The notes below the pieces were generated by a model, which had not been told where the DNA came from, did not search any database, and saw nothing but the letters and a program-made list of their open reading frames with translations. Position numbers and translations under genes: made by a program. Source: Folioceros fuciformis (Eukaryota). Taken from it: 51,273 nt of DNA. The stretch is from assembly GCA_049999805.1 (NCBI GenBank), contig JBNGIO010005847.1:1-51273 (forward strand), in the 5' to 3' direction. Positions within the stretch are counted from its first letter, which is position 1. Each line of letters starts with the position of its first letter. Below, one piece after another: positions 46,907-51,273 of this stretch.

Positions 46907-49900
46907 TGTGGAGGTCATGACTATTAGAGCCCTAGTTAGGGCACGTTTGAAGAAATGCTTTACTGGTTACTTAAGTTGCTGTGATATGAATAGGCATCTT
47001 AAATTCAGTTTCATAACTACTTTTATAAACTCTTAAAACATTGTCTTTGTTGACTTTTTAATATATATGCACCTTTGCTCTACGCTTCCATGAAATTCAT
47101 ACACCTTTAGATGGTATCAGAGCCATACAATCTATGATGTCAATTTGTAGCATGTTCTTCAAATGCTAGCAAAATGGCTAGGCACAGTAGAATTTTTAGG
47201 TGTAGGGTTATTAAAGCCCAATGTGCTTAGGCTAATGTGTTTAGTCTAAGATTAGTGTCTAGTTAATGTGCTTAGACTAATGTGTTTAGTCTAAGATTAG
47301 TGTCTAGCTAATGTGCTTAGACTAATGTGTTTAGTCTAAGATTAGTGTCTAGTTAAGTATCATTAGTTTAGATTAGCTTAAGCTAATATGTAGGAAGCTT
47401 CTTGCGTAGCTTCCTGTGAGATTCTTGTGAAGCTTCCTAGGGAGCTCTTCTAGAGGGTATAAATACCCCCTTGAGCTCCCTTGCCAACCACTCTCAATGT
47501 GACCTCTTTTTCTCCTCTCCTCTCTGCCTCCTCTTTTCCTCTCCTCCACCATGCTCCTCTAGTGATCCTACACTAGGCACATAATTGAAGATTACTTAGT
47601 CTACACTAGCCAAAGAAACCCTCATCATATAGATCTACACCTAGATATTGTAGATGTAATCCAAGATTGGAATCTACCATCTACACTAGACAAACCAGTT
47701 ATCAATCCACACGAGCCTTGAATTACAGATAGAGGCCATAGAATTCCGTCAACTCCAAATTTGGGCATTTCTTCAAAACTTCGAGAAGTGTCACCGTCTA
47801 GCAACATCCAACTTGATTAAGTTGATTACTCAGAGGCAAGCAGAAATAACCAACCTGCTCAAGACATTACACTATTTGGATCAAAAGGTCTCACAGTTTT
47901 TTAGATTGAATCGTAAAGCAGTGCAAAATAAAAGGGTCAAAATAACTACATATAGGAATTTACCAAATATTAAATGTAGGGAAAAATATGTTGTTTAATC
48001 TTGCTGTAAATAAGTTGTTAGGCCGAGAGTCTGATTAGAACTTGATTAGAAATCCTGGATGTAGTCACCCCCACACAGAACGTACAAACACATCAAGTAT
48101 CCTCGAACAAACATGGCCTCAGCAAATACCTCCTCGACTACCTTAGCGAATACCTCCACAACAATCAACAACACAATTAAGATTAATTTTAAAGAAAAAG
48201 ACAGATTCTCAGGATCATATTACGACATTTGGTCCATGCGTATGCGATCCATCCTTGAGGACAATGACCTTTGGACAGTCATTGATGGCACTTATCCTAA
48301 ACGTGTCACAACAGGAACAAATCTAGCATCAGCAGCTGATTTAGCAGCATGGGAGAAGACCGACAGAAAAACAAGAAATGTGATCTGGACTTGATAGGAC
48401 CACTGCTCATCACGTGACAGGGGCTGTAGATGCAGCCACAACATGGACCAACCTGAACCAACTCTACGATGCAGTAGATGCAATGAGTGTAATAAATGCA
48501 ACAATGGCATTTTACAAAATGCAGATGGGTGAAAGTGAAGCTGTTTCCGAACACATAAACAAATTCAAGGCAGCACGGGCTCGATTGCCATCTTGTGGGA
48601 CGATGTTGACTGAGGCTCAAGCAGCCATAGCTTTGCTGAGTTCTCTTCCCGACAGTTATCGTACTTTCAAGAAGACGCAAAATGGAGCCATAAAACAAGC
48701 ACAACTTGCAGACAAAAGGGGGCAAGGTTCAAATTTCACCACTTCAGAAGTAATTGGGGCTCTCATAGAGGAAGAAGCCACACGTGGCCAGGCTGGCACA
48801 TCAAACCCTACAGCTCAAGGTTGAGCTCTCTTTGTAGTTCGAGGCAGAGGGAGAGGACGTGGACGTGGACAAGGCTGTCCTCCTTACAACAACAGGCCAT
48901 CTTCATCATCAGCACCAAGGAGGAAAGGAGCCTGCCATTGGTGCCAGGTAGAAGGCCATTATGAAAAAGAGTGTCGTAGGAAAAAGGCTGGAGAGCCTAG
49001 GAGAGGACTACCACCTTCAACAAACATTGCATAGCAAAAATCACAAGTACTCTTAGCAGTATATTTGGTTACCTCCAAGAATGATACCCACAGCTGGTAC
49101 ATTGATAGTGGAGCTTCAGCTCACATTTGTCATACAAGATCCTTCTTTTGATCTTATCACCCTTGTGAACCAGGTAGTTTTGTATTGCTGGGTGATGATA
49201 GTGGCCTTCAGGTACAAGGAAGAGGCACTGTGCTGTGAGAGAGGCAGAATTTTGAAGTTAGAAGATATTTATCATGTTCCCTAAACCCTGGACTATCTCA
49301 CAAATACTGGGTAGAAGCTATTTCAACGGCGACTTACATTAAGATCCGACTTCCAACTTCTATTGTTACTGGTGTCACTCCTTATGAGGGCTGGACGGGT
49401 CGTAAACCCAATCTGCTGATCTCCATATTTTCGGGGCACCTGCATATGCACACATTCCCAAACAACTTCGTCAGAAGCTTGACGACAAGGCCAGAAATGG
49501 AGCAAAATGGGAGACTACGGAGAGAAATGGAGCGCCATCTTGCAGCGTCTGAACCAGCAGATTCAGGCAAGGTTGCAATTCCTTCGAATTCTAACCCTGT
49601 AGATGTGAGTGGGAGCAATGATGACCAGCAGTTGTCTGAGTGGGAGTCCGAGGATTCTGGAAGCGCATAGCCTGCACACACTGCACAAGGGCCAGCGCCC
49701 ATCCAGGTACTCACTCCACATGCACAGCCTGCACTCTCCTCAAATCCCCAGAGCTCCCAGCGAGCATTCCCTCTTCAACCAGCACCTCAGTGCCTACAAT
49801 CAGCCCCTGCACCTGCAGCTCTTAATCCCACACATCTGCAGCAGCCTGATCCTCACAATCTAGCCAGTGCATCAGGGAATTCAATTGCTGGTTAGATGCA

Positions 49901-50330
49901 TGAGCATCATCCTCCTGAAGCGCCTACAGCGCCTGTCGCGAGTCAATCCACAAGGACGCGCAGACCACCAGCTTGGCTTGAGCCATATCACCTTGAAGGT
50001 GCGCACACAGCACCTAGGGAGGAAAGCGCCTCCCCGCATGCTGCACTTGGGCCCACATCTGGTCACGAGACCCCCTCCTTGCACACAGAACCTGCACCCC
50101 AAGCTGCATCCTCAGAGCCCGTTTTGGCTCCTGCTTTTTGCACCACCCATTTCAAAGACTCAAAATAATAATTCTTTAGTTGGGCCTTTACCAAATTCGG
50201 AAAATGAACTTAATTTAGACTCTAACACTTCAACTTCTGGACATGCCTCTTTAGTCCAAGGTTACATAGCAGCCACAGATCTCATTGAACCTGCTACGCA
50301 TGAAGAGGCATTGTCAATTTGTTTTATTTT
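46907..50330 (+). mobile_element. Degenerate Copia element: 5' LTR 46907-47109, PBS 47112-47124, gag from 48113, deleted pol
   Basis: TGGTATCAGAGCC PBS; RFSGSYYDIWSMRM..L, ALLSSLPDSY, CHWCQVEGHYEKEC, WYIDSGASAHIC, TPYEGWTGRKP, EPATHEEAL. Confidence 0.9.
47201..47572 (+). mobile_element. Solo LTR nested in the Copia leader
   Basis: TG...CA ends, near-perfect 5-bp TSD TTAGG/CTAGG; homologous to LTR 23038-23327, with a 45-bp unit triplicated. Confidence 0.9.
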
Positions 50331-50841
50331 TACACAATGTTTTGGGCATTTTAAGCCTAGAATTTGTTTTTTGGACATTTAAAGCCTTGGAATAATTTCC
50401 TTATAAGCCCTTAAAACCAAACCTAATGTAAGGGAAGAATATGGTCAAGAATTTGGTCAAGCGGGGCAAGAGTTGGTTTAATATCATAGCATTGGCTTTC
50501 TAGAAAACCACAAGCTTACTCTACCAAGTACGTGAGAGAAAATTACATGTAAAGACGAGAAAAAACCATCCAGCATACAATACCAAGTAGGTAAGGGCAA
50601 ATAACTTTAGGAACACAAAGAGCTTAGAGAAAGCTACTCCCTCCAGTCCAGTGCCTATATAAGCCTGGAACCGCAAGACCTATGGGCGCTACCTGCCCGC
50701 AAGATCTGCACTAGGGATAAGGCCTGAACATATGTGCAAATTCTTGGAGCGTGAAACTTTCCCTTTCTCGCACATTGATGGTGAGCAGGAGGATATCCAG
50801 TTGCAGCTGTGCCTGAGTTAGTTCATTCAAGGGTGTTTCTT

Positions 50842-51273
50842 TAAAGGCGCATGAATTTCACGGAAGCGTAGAACAAAAGTGTATATATATTGAAAAGTCA
50901 ACAAAGACAATGTTTTAAGAGTTTATAAAAGTAGTTATAAAACTGAATCTAAGATGCCTATTCATATCACAGCAACTTAAGTAACCAGTAAAGCATTTCT
51001 TCAAACGTGCCCTAACTAGGGCTCTAATAGTCATGACCTCTACACTCCCACTCATGTTTGAAGCAACATGAATAAGACTAACAAGCTAACACGTCTAGTT
51101 CACTCTTAATAAGAACACAATTGTATAGTAAGTTAGCATATGTGTAGAAGAGCTTCCACTTAAGAAGAACCACTTGATTGTTGAGTTATCGAGCTCTATA
51201 TGAGCTAAACTCATGTGGTGTTAGTTATCCCAGTTGGGTTCATACTAGACTAGTTCTAGTTATTAGTGAACTT
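50842..51273 (-). mobile_element. 3' LTR (50842-51044) and PPT of a minus-strand element of the same family as 46907-47109, running off the window
   Basis: Reverse complement of 46907-47109 at high identity; preceded on minus by the purine tract GAGTGGGAG. Confidence 0.88.

Overview
Eukaryotic land-plant nuclear DNA: compact multi-exon genes with short (about 75-240 nt) spliceosomal introns and GC-rich exons, interleaved with decayed transposons. The gene style suggests a seed-free plant such as a hornwort, other bryophyte or lycophyte, but this is inference only. Apparently intact genes: a 2-exon coiled-coil gene head-to-head with a 12-exon PTAC14/PAP7 gene, an NPF (NRT1/PTR) transporter, an APD-type membrane RING E3 ligase, a small zinc-ribbon protein, a small WPQGW-terminal protein, SF3B5 (with a GC-AG intron), and two class II (COMT-like) O-methyltransferases. 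Pseudogenes: a Tau GST, an NPF 3' remnant, two head-to-head CYP71-clan P450 N-termini, further OMT remnants and a tRNA-Ile relic. Mobile DNA: several Ty1/Copia pieces, a solo LTR, MULE, PIF/Harbinger and LINE fragments, plus many minisatellites. Two themes stand out. (1) OMT, CYP, GST and NPF genes sit together like a partly decayed specialised-metabolite locus. (2) Copia remnants are repeatedly rearranged into inverted configurations: a Copia RT inverted repeat directly behind an LTR/PBS, an element with in-place inversions, and complementary halves of one Copia family 17.5 kb apart in opposite orientation. All identifications come from manual translation and remembered family motifs; no searches were run.
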